52,787 nucleotides of DNA, from positions 1 through 52,787 of IMG/VR virus record IMGVR_UViG_3300002056_000004; one strand, written 5' to 3'. The position numbers and the translations under genes were made by a program. Positions 42,304 through 50,097 of this stretch are shown here, in pieces (position 1 is the stretch's first letter; each line of letters opens with the position of its first letter). The DNA comes from a virus. The notes under the pieces were generated by a model. It saw nothing but the letters and a program-made list of their open reading frames with translations, was not told the origin of the DNA and ran no database searches.

Positions 42304-42447
42304 CTATTCGTCTTCTAGGGTATCGACGAGCATTTCAATTTCTTCGATCAATCCTTCAAGAATGCCTTTGGTTTCGGACTGTGAAACTTTGGTGTCATTA
42401 AAGACAGCTTTAATTGCGTCTTTAGCTTCTTGCTCTTTGGTTTTCAT
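42304..42447 (-). CDS. Small acidic helical protein (47 aa)
   Basis: ATG 42447 preceded by GAAAGG. The longer alternative-start ORF reaches 42537. Confidence 0.4.
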   Translation of the reverse strand: MKTKEQEAKDAIKAVFNDTKVSQSETKGILEGLIEEIEMLVDTLEDE

Positions 42448-42461
42448 AATATTTAGCCTTT

Positions 42462-42608
42462 CTATTTGTTGTTCTTGGTTATTGTTTTCTTGCTTTGCTT
42501 TCTGAAACCAAAACCGTTTACCACCCGCCCAGCCCAATGACCGAAATGTTCAGGCTCAAGCCATGCCCAGATTACGAATAAGCTGAATATGAAACCCAAT
42601 AAATCCAT
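42462..42608 (-). CDS. Possible small TM peptide (48 aa)
   Basis: MDLLGFIFSLFVIWAWL.. followed by a basic tail. It would be the first ORF after the divergent promoter region. Below the track threshold. Confidence 0.25.
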   Translation of the reverse strand: MDLLGFIFSLFVIWAWLEPEHFGHWAGRVVNGFGFRKQSKKTITKNNK

Positions 42609-42720
42609 AATAATTGGCCTTTAAGTTTGTAGTTGTTTTCAAAATTATTGTGTGTATTTGATATAAGTTGACAAACTTATATAACATTGCTAATTTTATT
42701 GCAAGTTGTTAATTGAAAAA

Positions 42721-42892
42721 AATGAAAGAATCAAAAGTGTCAGAACATTTTGTAAGATTAGGCATGACTCAAGGCATGAAAGCTGATGTGGAGCGTTGGC
42801 GAGTTGGGCAGCTAGAGAAGACTGGTTCAGTGCCCTCGTTTTCAGAAGCCCTTAGGGTTCTTGTAAATAAAGGTCTAGTGGCAGATGAGTGA
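42721..42892 (+). pseudogene. Ribbon-helix-helix (CopG/Arc-like) gene interrupted by a +1 frame change at a T5 run
   Basis: Frame 1 reads MKESKVSEHFVRLGMTQGMKADVERWRVGQLEKTGSVPSF then stops (FRSP*). The next frame reads SEALRVLVNKGLVADE* and ends in ATGAGTGA, overlapping the GIY-YIG start. The shift is at cgTTTTTcag, 42838-42842. Confidence 0.5.
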
Positions 42893-43481
42893 ATTCACTT
42901 GTCTCTATCGACATTATGATGAAGACGGAAATCTTTTATACGTAGGCATCTCTGCTAACCCTTTTAATAGGCTTGTTCAGCACAAATATGGATCAAAATG
43001 GTTCAATGATGTTGTTTCAATTCAGATAGAGAGACATCCATCAAAGTTTCTGGCACTACAAGCAGAGAGAATTGCGATTGATCGCGAAAACCCTAAGTAC
43101 AACATTCATAGAAAAAGCAACAGAAAATCAAATTCAACAGCGTCTTCGCAAGATGAAATAACGGACGCTACTAGATGTTGTTTTAATTGTTGTCATTGGA
43201 ATGATGGTGAATGTTTTGGTCATTCTAAATCTATCCTGATAGGCAAGGGTGGGTATTGCGATAGTTTCTCATTCCCAAGTCACTCTAAATTTACAAATGA
43301 TCAGATGCTACAGATAATTTCAATATTTAAAGAACCGATGCTTGGGGTCGATGAAAGAATAAGACATCATGCCCGGGTGAAAGCTGTCCAGGCGGTCATT
43401 CCCGGCTTCAATCAAGCCGTGTGGTATCGCGATGATTTCCAAAAACAATTGAAGAATGCAAAGGAGAAGGGCTTTGAGTGA
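42885..43481 (+). CDS. GIY-YIG nuclease-domain protein with Cys-rich C-terminal half
   Basis: CLYRHYDEDGNLLYVGISANPFNRLVQHKYGSKWF..ERIAIDRENPKYN is a GIY-YIG pattern, followed by CCFNCCHWNDGEC..GGYC. Confidence 0.65.
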   Translation: MSEFTCLYRHYDEDGNLLYVGISANPFNRLVQHKYGSKWFNDVVSIQIERHPSKFLALQAERIAIDRENPKYNIHRKSNRKSNSTASSQDEITDATRCCFNCCHWNDGECFGHSKSILIGKGGYCDSFSFPSHSKFTNDQMLQIISIFKEPMLGVDERIRHHARVKAVQAVIPGFNQAVWYRDDFQKQLKNAKEKGFE

Positions 43482-43758
43482 TTTAATTAAAGATTGCCGT
43501 AGAGCAGCTAAAGTTTTGCAAGAGAAGGGTTCTTTCTTCACTGCGCAAAGTATTTTGGAAGACGCTGCTGCTGAAATTGAACGCTGCCACGCCCGATTAG
43601 AGATTGATCATTGCTTTGTTATGGGCGCTGAAAAAGAAGAACTTGTCCGCAAGGATATACCATATCCCGAACGTTTGAACACGCCTGATGCTGTTGAGTG
43701 TCGTGATGCTACAATTTCATTATTAGAAGACGATTTAAAGGAGCAGGGCGATGCCTGA
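43456..43758 (+). CDS. Hypothetical accessory protein
   Basis: About 93-100 aa; start uncertain (TTG near 43475). Ends ..LKEQGDA with AAGGAGCA in its last codons. Confidence 0.45.
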   Translation: MQRRRALSDLIKDCRRAAKVLQEKGSFFTAQSILEDAAAEIERCHARLEIDHCFVMGAEKEELVRKDIPYPERLNTPDAVECRDATISLLEDDLKEQGDA

Positions 43759-43852
43759 AATGCCAAGATGTAAAAAATGCGGAAGAACTATGACGGCTTT
43801 TATGGGGGCAATTTTTTGCTTTTGTAAAGCGCATATAAAGGAGCAAGATTGA
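43751..43852 (+). CDS. Tiny Cys-rich ORF (33 aa)
   Basis: MPEMPRCKKCGRTMTAFMGAIFCFCKAHIKEQD. Ends in the repeated AAGGAGCAAGATTGATG junction. Confidence 0.35.
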   Translation: MPEMPRCKKCGRTMTAFMGAIFCFCKAHIKEQD

Positions 43853-44016
43853 TGAAATATATAAAATACTACTTCGCAAAATTAATTTGGGAGTACGATA
43901 TTCCATTTTTATCACCTGTTAATGGATTTGATTGGGTCGTACGCACTGCTGGACATTATCCTTGGCTTAAAAAAGAAGAGTTCTTGATGAGTTGTGACAC
44001 TAAGGAGCAAGATTGA
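43852..44016 (+). CDS. Small hypothetical ORF (54 aa)
   Basis: MKYIKYYFAKLIWEYDIPFLSPVNGFDWVVR..DTKEQD. Starts and ends in the repeated junction motif. Confidence 0.4.
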   Translation: MKYIKYYFAKLIWEYDIPFLSPVNGFDWVVRTAGHYPWLKKEEFLMSCDTKEQD

Positions 44017-44255
44017 TGTGTGAACAAGGCAACACAAAGCTAATATTCGCCAATGGCGAATATAGGGATGTAGATAGATGTATCGCTTCACTTGTTCAGG
44101 CGTTAAATGATTTTGGTATCAACACAGTTGCGTGCTGTTGTGGGCATGGAAAGCGCCCCGGTAACATAGCACTTCTTGATGGACGTGAATTGATTATAGC
44201 GTCTAATTACACGGAAGGTCGTGCGATTGATGCCGCATTTCCAAGCGTAACATAA
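44016..44255 (+). CDS. Hypothetical protein (79 aa) with CCCGHG motif
   Basis: ATG 44016 lies in the junction motif. ..INTVACCCGHGKRPGNIALLDGRELII.. Confidence 0.5.
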   Translation: MCEQGNTKLIFANGEYRDVDRCIASLVQALNDFGINTVACCCGHGKRPGNIALLDGRELIIASNYTEGRAIDAAFPSVT

Positions 44256-44268
44256 AGGAGCAAGATCG

Positions 44269-44508
44269 GTGACTTTGGCGGGGCTTTTGGATTGCAATGG
44301 ATATCAGTTATCATTAGGTGACATTGTGAGAAATTGTTGGGGAAAGGGAACTACACTATATGAGGTTTCTGGACGCGGTAAGTACCCTGGCACGATTGCT
44401 GCTCGCTGCTTAGACGGCTCTGATATAATCATTCCAGTTATAAGTTATGGTCAAAAGTTTGAAATGAGTTTTGATGCCTACAATAAGGAGCGTGATCCCC
44501 AGTCTTAA
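44269..44508 (+). CDS. Hypothetical protein (79 aa)
   Basis: GTG start in the junction variant AAGGAGCAAGATCGGTG. Ends ..NKERDPQS. Confidence 0.45.
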   Translation: MTLAGLLDCNGYQLSLGDIVRNCWGKGTTLYEVSGRGKYPGTIAARCLDGSDIIIPVISYGQKFEMSFDAYNKERDPQS

Positions 44509-44822
44509 CGCTTGTCGGTGGGTGGGTTAAGCGCTTTTCTCATATGATCCTGAACGGTTGCAAAGACTGCCGAATGAGCAAAAACCCATTCGTAAAGTTC
44601 GTCTTTCTGTTTAATGCCAAGTTCATATTCCATCCTCATTCTGAGAAATTTTTCGTTTTGCTGCTCAACCCATTTGAGCAAGCTGTTAATATCAACAACT
44701 CCTACGTTGGTAGAAAATTTACCCATTAGATTGCCTGACAGAATTTCGTCAATTGAAAGCATACCTTTAGACGTCATAGCTTTCGCCAATTCTGCTTCAT
44801 CCATCAGCATTCTCCTTTCCAT
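44505..44822 (-). CDS. Hypothetical accessory protein
   Basis: 105-aa ORF convergent with the plus-strand block. The true start is probably an internal Met after AGGAGA (about 44804). Confidence 0.5.
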   Translation of the reverse strand: MERRMLMDEAELAKAMTSKGMLSIDEILSGNLMGKFSTNVGVVDINSLLKWVEQQNEKFLRMRMEYELGIKQKDELYEWVFAHSAVFATVQDHMRKALNPPTDKR

Positions 44823-44888
44823 GCAAACTTACCCGTATCAGGGCAGTGAAGGGCATAGCCGCGTTCTATGGCTTGCAGTTGCCATCGT

Positions 44889-45134
44889 TTAAAACATTCT
44901 CGGTTTTTTATTTTTTGCCTTACTGCCTAATGCTTCTGGTGCGCTTTCTGACCAGTCCAATAATGCATTTGCAAAGTCGCTAGACGAGATGACTTTACCA
45001 TCCTTTATCCAAATATTAACCTTGCTTTCAAGGTGGTTTGAAAGTTTCATTAGTTCACGACACGTCATTTCTTGGATAGTGCTTGAAGCTCTTGTTGTAT
45101 TTGTAGCTCTTATCGTATTTGGGGTATGCGCCAC
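44889..45134 (-). CDS. Hypothetical accessory protein (81 aa)
   Basis: GTG-start ORF. An upstream 47-aa ORF (45110-45253, MAKKTTEPETEALLRDL..) overlaps its start. Confidence 0.4.
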   Translation of the reverse strand: MAHTPNTIRATNTTRASSTIQEMTCRELMKLSNHLESKVNIWIKDGKVISSSDFANALLDWSESAPEALGSKAKNKKPRMF

Positions 45135-45256
45135 TTGTTATCCTTCCCCTCGCTCAATACAGCGAGTATGGTTCGCTGTTGAAATGCTGCCTTGACTTTA
45201 GCAAGGTCACGTAGCAGGGCTTCTGTTTCGGGTTCGGTTGTTTTCTTTGCCATGAT

Positions 45257-45457
45257 CTATTCCTCAGTCTCATACTCAGAAATGTCATATCCATCACGTT
45301 GAAAATCCAGAATGGCTTTGGCACGTTCGAGATTGTCCTCAGCACCCCATTCATCAAGGGCGTTTAGAAAATCGGATAGTTTTTCTGCCGCATCTTCCGG
45401 CACTTCCTCGTTTAAAGTTGGTTTGGGTGGTGGTGCAGTTCTTACTCTTTTTTCCAT
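45257..45457 (-). CDS. Small acidic protein (66 aa)
   Basis: Good SD AAGGAGA 6 nt before the ATG. It is the first gene reading away from attP. Confidence 0.55.
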   Translation of the reverse strand: MEKRVRTAPPPKPTLNEEVPEDAAEKLSDFLNALDEWGAEDNLERAKAILDFQRDGYDISEYETEE

Positions 45458-45818
45458 TGTTCATTCTCCTTTTGACTGTTTGGTTATCCACAGACAGAAA
45501 ATATCCGTGGGTAAAGGGGTGGGGATTAGTAAATTTCAAACCACTTCCAATCAGGGTCAGTAGCCCTAAGTTCTGCATGGTATGTATTTCGGGACAGTCG
45601 TATAAATGGACTGTCTCTCAAAACCTGAAAATGCCACTCGCCAAAACGAATATTTATGTAAGTGTTGCTCATTAGATATTTTCTCCAGTTTGATGATAAT
45701 TCCCTCTTGCATCCATTCGCGCTTGTGGTACTAAGCACCTGTTCAAAGCGTTCAAGTTGTGCAGTACCCGCGCGGGGCGAAAAGAACAAAACCAGTAAGA
45801 CCTTGATTTTATTAAGTT

Positions 45819-45858
<40 letters not shown>

Positions 45859-45974
45859 ACGATACCCTCTATACAAAACCCCTGATTTCCAACGTTTTTC
45901 ATATTCGATATTCTACTTTTGTTCACGTTTATCTGTGCAGTTTTGTGAAGTAACCACGCGGTACTTGTGCGGGG

Positions 45975-46151
45975 TCATGAGTTTTTATCACCATGCTTTT
46001 GCCAGTGCATAGTTGCGTTCATGAGAGCTACTTGCGGGGTCTCGCCAAGCCCATGATGGTCAAAGCCATCTCCAATGATATCAGCTTGCCATGGTTTGGG
46101 TGAGTTGTCTGGATCTCTGTCGTGAATGTAAACTTTAACTTCGATTTTCAT
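45975..46151 (-). CDS. Small hypothetical protein (58 aa) between int and attP
   Basis: ATG 46151 lies 1 nt after the int stop. MKIEVKVYIHDRDPDNSPKPWQADIIGDGFDHHGLGE.. Confidence 0.45.
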   Translation of the reverse strand: MKIEVKVYIHDRDPDNSPKPWQADIIGDGFDHHGLGETPQVALMNATMHWQKHGDKNS

Positions 46152-46152
46152 T

Positions 46153-47229
46153 TTAAAACGCCTCTGCAGCTTTTGATTGATAATCAGGGTGATGATGAAA
46201 ATACACCCGCTCAATGGTTTGTACTGATGTACTCAAGAAACTTGCGGCCTCTGCAATATCCACTCCGGCTTGCATCAGCCATGTTGCGCATGTGTGCTTT
46301 AGAGTATGAACCTTGATATGCTGATCATCAAGTCCGGCACGTTTCAAAGCATTGCCCCATGCGGTTGCATTCGCGCGTTTAACAGGCTTGCCCCAATGGT
46401 GAATGACATAGGGTATTTCGTCCCTCTGCCAGCGTCTCAGGTGAGGCAATAGCCGCCTTGGTATCTTGAGTGGCCTTCTGCGCTTCTTCGTCTCTGTGTG
46501 CCCTTCAGGGGCGCGGTAAATGACGCCTTGTTCAAGATCAACATGGCCTCCGATTGTGTTTGCCCTCCATTGTAGGGCTGTAATGGATTTCTCCCTCGTG
46601 CCGGTATAGACCGCGATAAGAAAGAACCTTGCCAAGTGACGGGCTGTATAAACGCCTGTGAGGCCATCCTTGGCTTTCCATAGTTGCCATAGGATAAGTG
46701 CCGCCTCGCTTCTGGTGAGCCACCTGTGGCGCGATGGTGGCTTGTTTGGGATTGTCACAAGCGGAACGTAATCCAGAACATGCTCACGGTGGTAGTGGTT
46801 CAGTGAGGCGCGTAACACTGTCAGTTCGTTTCGTGCCATTGGCTCGGTTGTCCGTTGCGCTGTATAAGCTCTGCAATTCGCGCCATTGATTTGCGAAACA
46901 TTCATAGCGCCAAAGAAGTCATTGAGCCTCCCGATCTGAGCAAGCAGTTCACGGCCTCTATGCGCCTCATTACTTGGATTTTTATATTCCATGTAAACCA
47001 TCAGGACATCTGCGATTTTGATGGAAGCTGGATTACCTCCGCTTCGTTCGGCTTGCTTGGCTTGTCCAAGGTAATCTTGGAGCATCCTGTTCGCGCTCTC
47101 AACCTCGCGCTCAAGGCATCCTGTGCGGATACGCTTTGCCCCGTCTCGGATTTCCCATGTTCGCACTTTTCCGTTTGCGGTTTTGTCGGTTCGGATTGCA
47201 AGTCTGGCTGGTTTTCTTGGCTGTCCCAT
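46153..47229 (-). CDS. int: Tyrosine integrase
   Basis: C-terminal catalytic region ..KVHTLKHTCATWLMQAGVDIAEAASFLSTSVQTIERVYFHHHPDY. The N-terminus MGQPRKPARLAIRTD..TWEIRDG..IRTG is typical of alphaproteobacterial phage integrases. Confidence 0.9.
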   Translation of the reverse strand: MGQPRKPARLAIRTDKTANGKVRTWEIRDGAKRIRTGCLEREVESANRMLQDYLGQAKQAERSGGNPASIKIADVLMVYMEYKNPSNEAHRGRELLAQIGRLNDFFGAMNVSQINGANCRAYTAQRTTEPMARNELTVLRASLNHYHREHVLDYVPLVTIPNKPPSRHRWLTRSEAALILWQLWKAKDGLTGVYTARHLARFFLIAVYTGTREKSITALQWRANTIGGHVDLEQGVIYRAPEGHTETKKRRRPLKIPRRLLPHLRRWQRDEIPYVIHHWGKPVKRANATAWGNALKRAGLDDQHIKVHTLKHTCATWLMQAGVDIAEAASFLSTSVQTIERVYFHHHPDYQSKAAEAF

Positions 47230-47447
47230 TTCTCAATCATTCCCTGTACGTAAGAAGGTTTGGTAAGATCACGGTTGCCAACTCGGAACGTGCGCAACCG
47301 CCCTGCATCGCGCTCTTTGCGCAATCGTGAGACTTTGCACCAGTCTCCGACTAGCTGACAAGCCTCCGGTAAGGTTATTGGCTTTTCCACAATTTCTCCA
47401 CAGGGTTGTTCACAGGCTGGGGTATTAATGGTGGCGGGTTTGTTCAT
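47001..47447 (-). CDS. Excisionase-like HTH protein; the ORF tail overlaps int by 229 nt in another frame
   Basis: ITLPEACQLVGDWCKVSRLRKERDAGRLRTFRVGNRDL is an excisionase/MerR-type HTH. The stop is only reached at 47001, inside int. Confidence 0.55.
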   Translation of the reverse strand: MNKPATINTPACEQPCGEIVEKPITLPEACQLVGDWCKVSRLRKERDAGRLRTFRVGNRDLTKPSYVQGMIEKWDSQENQPDLQSEPTKPQTEKCEHGKSETGQSVSAQDALSARLRARTGCSKITLDKPSKPNEAEVIQLPSKSQMS

Positions 47448-47462
47448 GGGTTTCTCGAGCGA

Positions 47463-48353
47463 TTAGTTAGAAAGTTTCAATAGTTTGATTGCATCAAAAT
47501 CCTGGACACCACCGCCAACGCGCTTGGTTGTATAGAACAAGACATAAGGCTTTGCTGAATAAGGATCACGCAATACGCGAACGCCTGCACGGTCAACAAT
47601 CAAATAGCCACGATTGAAATCACCAAAGGCAATCGGTGTTGTACCTCTGCCAATATCTGGCATGTCCTCAGCTTCCACCACGCCAAAGCCCATCAAACTT
47701 GCAGCCTGCCCTGCTGCGGCAGGCACCTGCCATAGATAGTTGCCATCGACATCCTTAAGCTTTCTGACTTCCGCTTGCGTTTTACGGTTCATGACCCAAT
47801 TGGCATTTTGGCGATACCCTGCCTTCAAGGAATAAACTAGGTCAATTAAAGTATCACACTCTAGCTTGCCGCTAACCGTGCCCAGATTACCCCACGACCA
47901 ATTATTTTCATCCGCCGTTGGATGGGTCAGGAAACCACGCGGTTTGTTAACCCCGTCACCATTGATAAAGGCAGCACTTTCCTGTTCTGCGAAAGCCTGC
48001 TCCACTTCACTTGCTATCCAGGCATCGACATCAACTGCAGCATCATCCAGGAGTTGTGAAGTCGCTGCCGGCATTGCGTAAAGCTCCATTGTAGGAAACT
48101 GCAATTCATGCGTTGCTGATACGGGTTTTTTGAAATCATTGTTAGAAGTTTTTGTAATACCAGAAATAGACCTTATTGGAGATGCTGCCAATAATGCTCT
48201 ATCAATCTCTCTATCAGCCTCTACAGGAATCAAAAACCCGCTATCTATAGCCACATTATTTGGTATCGCTTTAGCTTCGATTGCGCGAAGATTTTCTTCG
48301 ATCCCCTTTCGTATGTAATTCTCAAAGGCCTGTTTATGGTCTGTAGACATCAT
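47463..48353 (-). CDS. HK97/GTA-type major capsid protein paralogue lacking the delta (scaffold) domain
   Basis: AFENYIRKG..ELYAMPAATSQLLDDAAVDVDAWIASEVEQAFAEQESAAFINGDGVNKPRGFL..LIDLVYSLKAGYRQNANWVMN..LMGFGVVEAEDMPDI..IAFGDFNRGYLIVDR..VLRDPYSAKPYVLFYTTKRVGGGV: the Phage_capsid pattern in only 296 aa. Confidence 0.8.
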   Translation of the reverse strand: MMSTDHKQAFENYIRKGIEENLRAIEAKAIPNNVAIDSGFLIPVEADREIDRALLAASPIRSISGITKTSNNDFKKPVSATHELQFPTMELYAMPAATSQLLDDAAVDVDAWIASEVEQAFAEQESAAFINGDGVNKPRGFLTHPTADENNWSWGNLGTVSGKLECDTLIDLVYSLKAGYRQNANWVMNRKTQAEVRKLKDVDGNYLWQVPAAAGQAASLMGFGVVEAEDMPDIGRGTTPIAFGDFNRGYLIVDRAGVRVLRDPYSAKPYVLFYTTKRVGGGVQDFDAIKLLKLSN

Positions 48354-48574
48354 TCATCTCCTTGTGGTGTTACAAGCTCAAGCATATAATCTGGAAATAT
48401 TTGTATGCATCCGGGTTCTGCATATGAATGTACGCAAGCACCTGATTCACCTGTAACTGGATTATAATAAGACCCGCAAACACCGCCTTTAAAACGGTAC
48501 GGAGGTGCTGTGCCATTAGCGCGATTTTTTCTATGAACAACCGCGCCATGCTCAAATTGTGAATGCCAAGTCAT
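48350..48574 (-). CDS. Hypothetical protein (74 aa)
   Basis: Ends ..TPQGDE, with AAGGAGATGA supplying the SD and ATGA overlap for the capsid-like gene. Confidence 0.5.
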   Translation of the reverse strand: MTWHSQFEHGAVVHRKNRANGTAPPYRFKGGVCGSYYNPVTGESGACVHSYAEPGCIQIFPDYMLELVTPQGDE

Positions 48575-48798
48575 TTGTCATCTCCTTGCGGTGGTGAGAG
48601 GGGGTCAACATTCTCCCAGCTTGGAGCGTAAAGAAGCACAGTAGTTCCATCCTTAGGCGCTGTCTCAATCGGTTGACACTGCATACGCTCTAGCCTGTCA
48701 GCAGCTTCCTGCATGATAAAGCTGTATTCATATGCACGTAGCTTTTCGATTAGCTGTACATCGGACATGGATTGAAGGTATGTTTTTTTGTCTGTCAT
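48571..48798 (-). CDS. DUF551-like small protein
   Basis: IETAPKDGTTVLLY matches the DUF551 core. Ends ..PPQGDDK with the same SD-bearing junction. Confidence 0.5.
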   Translation of the reverse strand: MTDKKTYLQSMSDVQLIEKLRAYEYSFIMQEAADRLERMQCQPIETAPKDGTTVLLYAPSWENVDPLSPPQGDDK

Positions 48799-48865
48799 TT
48801 AGTATTGTCCTTGTTCGCAGTAACGACATGTTCGTATCGTTTTTGATATTAATTTACAGGGAAAA

Positions 48866-49309
48866 TTACCAACTTCTATGACGCTCACTAACGCTTTCCA
48901 TGCCGTCATACTCTTGTATTTCCCATGCTATGCCTTCTGGAATTTCCGTTATAGTAATTTTAGCAAATTGCCCGCTTGCAGATTCACCTAGCAACTCAAT
49001 AACTGAAATTAAATCAGGATCATCGCGTTCTAAGTCGCTGTCACAAATTGTATAATCCTGATAAAATTTATTACTCTTGCGTTGTTGTTCGATTGAGGCT
49101 TTGCCCCATTCGTCCTGACTCAATATTCCAACACGATTCTCTTTAGGTATTGTCCAGTATATTGTCGTCATAGATGATTGTTTTTCTGGAAATAATTTCA
49201 TGCCTTTTAATTTGGCATATTCGAGCATTGCTTTTTCAGACAAGCCAAACCCACCATAACATTTATTTGTTGCTATTTTTTGCATCTTCTGTTCCCTATT
49301 CTCTTTCAC
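48866..49309 (-). CDS. Hypothetical conserved phage protein (147 aa)
   Basis: NKCYGGFGLSEKAMLEYAKLKG ... RDDPDLISVIELLGESASGQFAKITITEIPEGIAWEIQEYDGMESVSERHRSW. This is a recurrent phage early-protein pattern of unknown function. Confidence 0.6.
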   Translation of the reverse strand: MKENREQKMQKIATNKCYGGFGLSEKAMLEYAKLKGMKLFPEKQSSMTTIYWTIPKENRVGILSQDEWGKASIEQQRKSNKFYQDYTICDSDLERDDPDLISVIELLGESASGQFAKITITEIPEGIAWEIQEYDGMESVSERHRSW

Positions 49310-49330
49310 GGCCTTGGTATTACACAGCCG

Positions 49331-49738
49331 TCATTTCCTATGCTCCTGTATTGCCTTCAAGGCCGCGCTTTCCGCTTCAAATAGTTTGCGTGGTGGCAAG
49401 CTGTTCTTTTCAATCCGGCTCGCTCTTTGGGATTTATCAAACCCGCGTGATTTCAGCTTGCCTTTAGACCGTATCGCGCCTGTAGACTTGTCTCGCTGAC
49501 GGTCTGCTTTTCTGGTTTTTTGAACATCGACTTTTGTCTTGGGCTTGTGGCAAACCTTGCAAAGCAACCGGCCGTTTGCAGGGCTATTATCGCCTCCCAG
49601 TGCGCAAGGAAGGATATGGTCAACTTCACCCTCGCCAGTTTTAAGAACGGCACCACAGGCTTTGTTTTCGCATTTCCCGTTTGCACGATCTATGATCTGC
49701 TGGCGTGTCTTGCGAGTGAACTCCTTACGCTTGGCCAT
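49331..49738 (-). CDS. HNH endonuclease
   Basis: CENKACG..EVDHILPCALGGDNSPANGRLLCKVCHKPKT. Confidence 0.8.
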   Translation of the reverse strand: MAKRKEFTRKTRQQIIDRANGKCENKACGAVLKTGEGEVDHILPCALGGDNSPANGRLLCKVCHKPKTKVDVQKTRKADRQRDKSTGAIRSKGKLKSRGFDKSQRASRIEKNSLPPRKLFEAESAALKAIQEHRK

Positions 49739-49741
49739 GGC

Positions 49742-50077
49742 TTAACCAACCTTTGCCATGGCTCTGAAGTTAGACTGACAAGTACGCCATGCCTCAATAA
49801 CCAAGGTGCATTTGTTCCGTTCATTACGGTAGTATTCATCGCGTTCAACCGCTTCGTGATAGCCCTTAATCGCATCCTGGTAGATTTGCGATAACGTAGC
49901 CTTATGCTCGCGCTCTGCTATAGTGCCTTGCGCATCTATGAAGGCTTGCGACTTGGCGCGCTTCGCCTCATACTCCCTGCGCTCTCGCATTGCTCTTGCA
50001 GCAGCAGCGGGTTCAACAGATTCCTTGAGTTGATCAAATGCAGCTTGAACGGTTTTGTCTTGAATTACGAATGTCAT
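49742..50077 (-). CDS. Hypothetical helical protein (111 aa)
   Basis: ORF in the early-left operon. No motif recognised. Confidence 0.55.
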   Translation of the reverse strand: MTFVIQDKTVQAAFDQLKESVEPAAAARAMRERREYEAKRAKSQAFIDAQGTIAEREHKATLSQIYQDAIKGYHEAVERDEYYRNERNKCTLVIEAWRTCQSNFRAMAKVG

Positions 50078-50097
50078 ATATCAATCCTATTTCGTGT

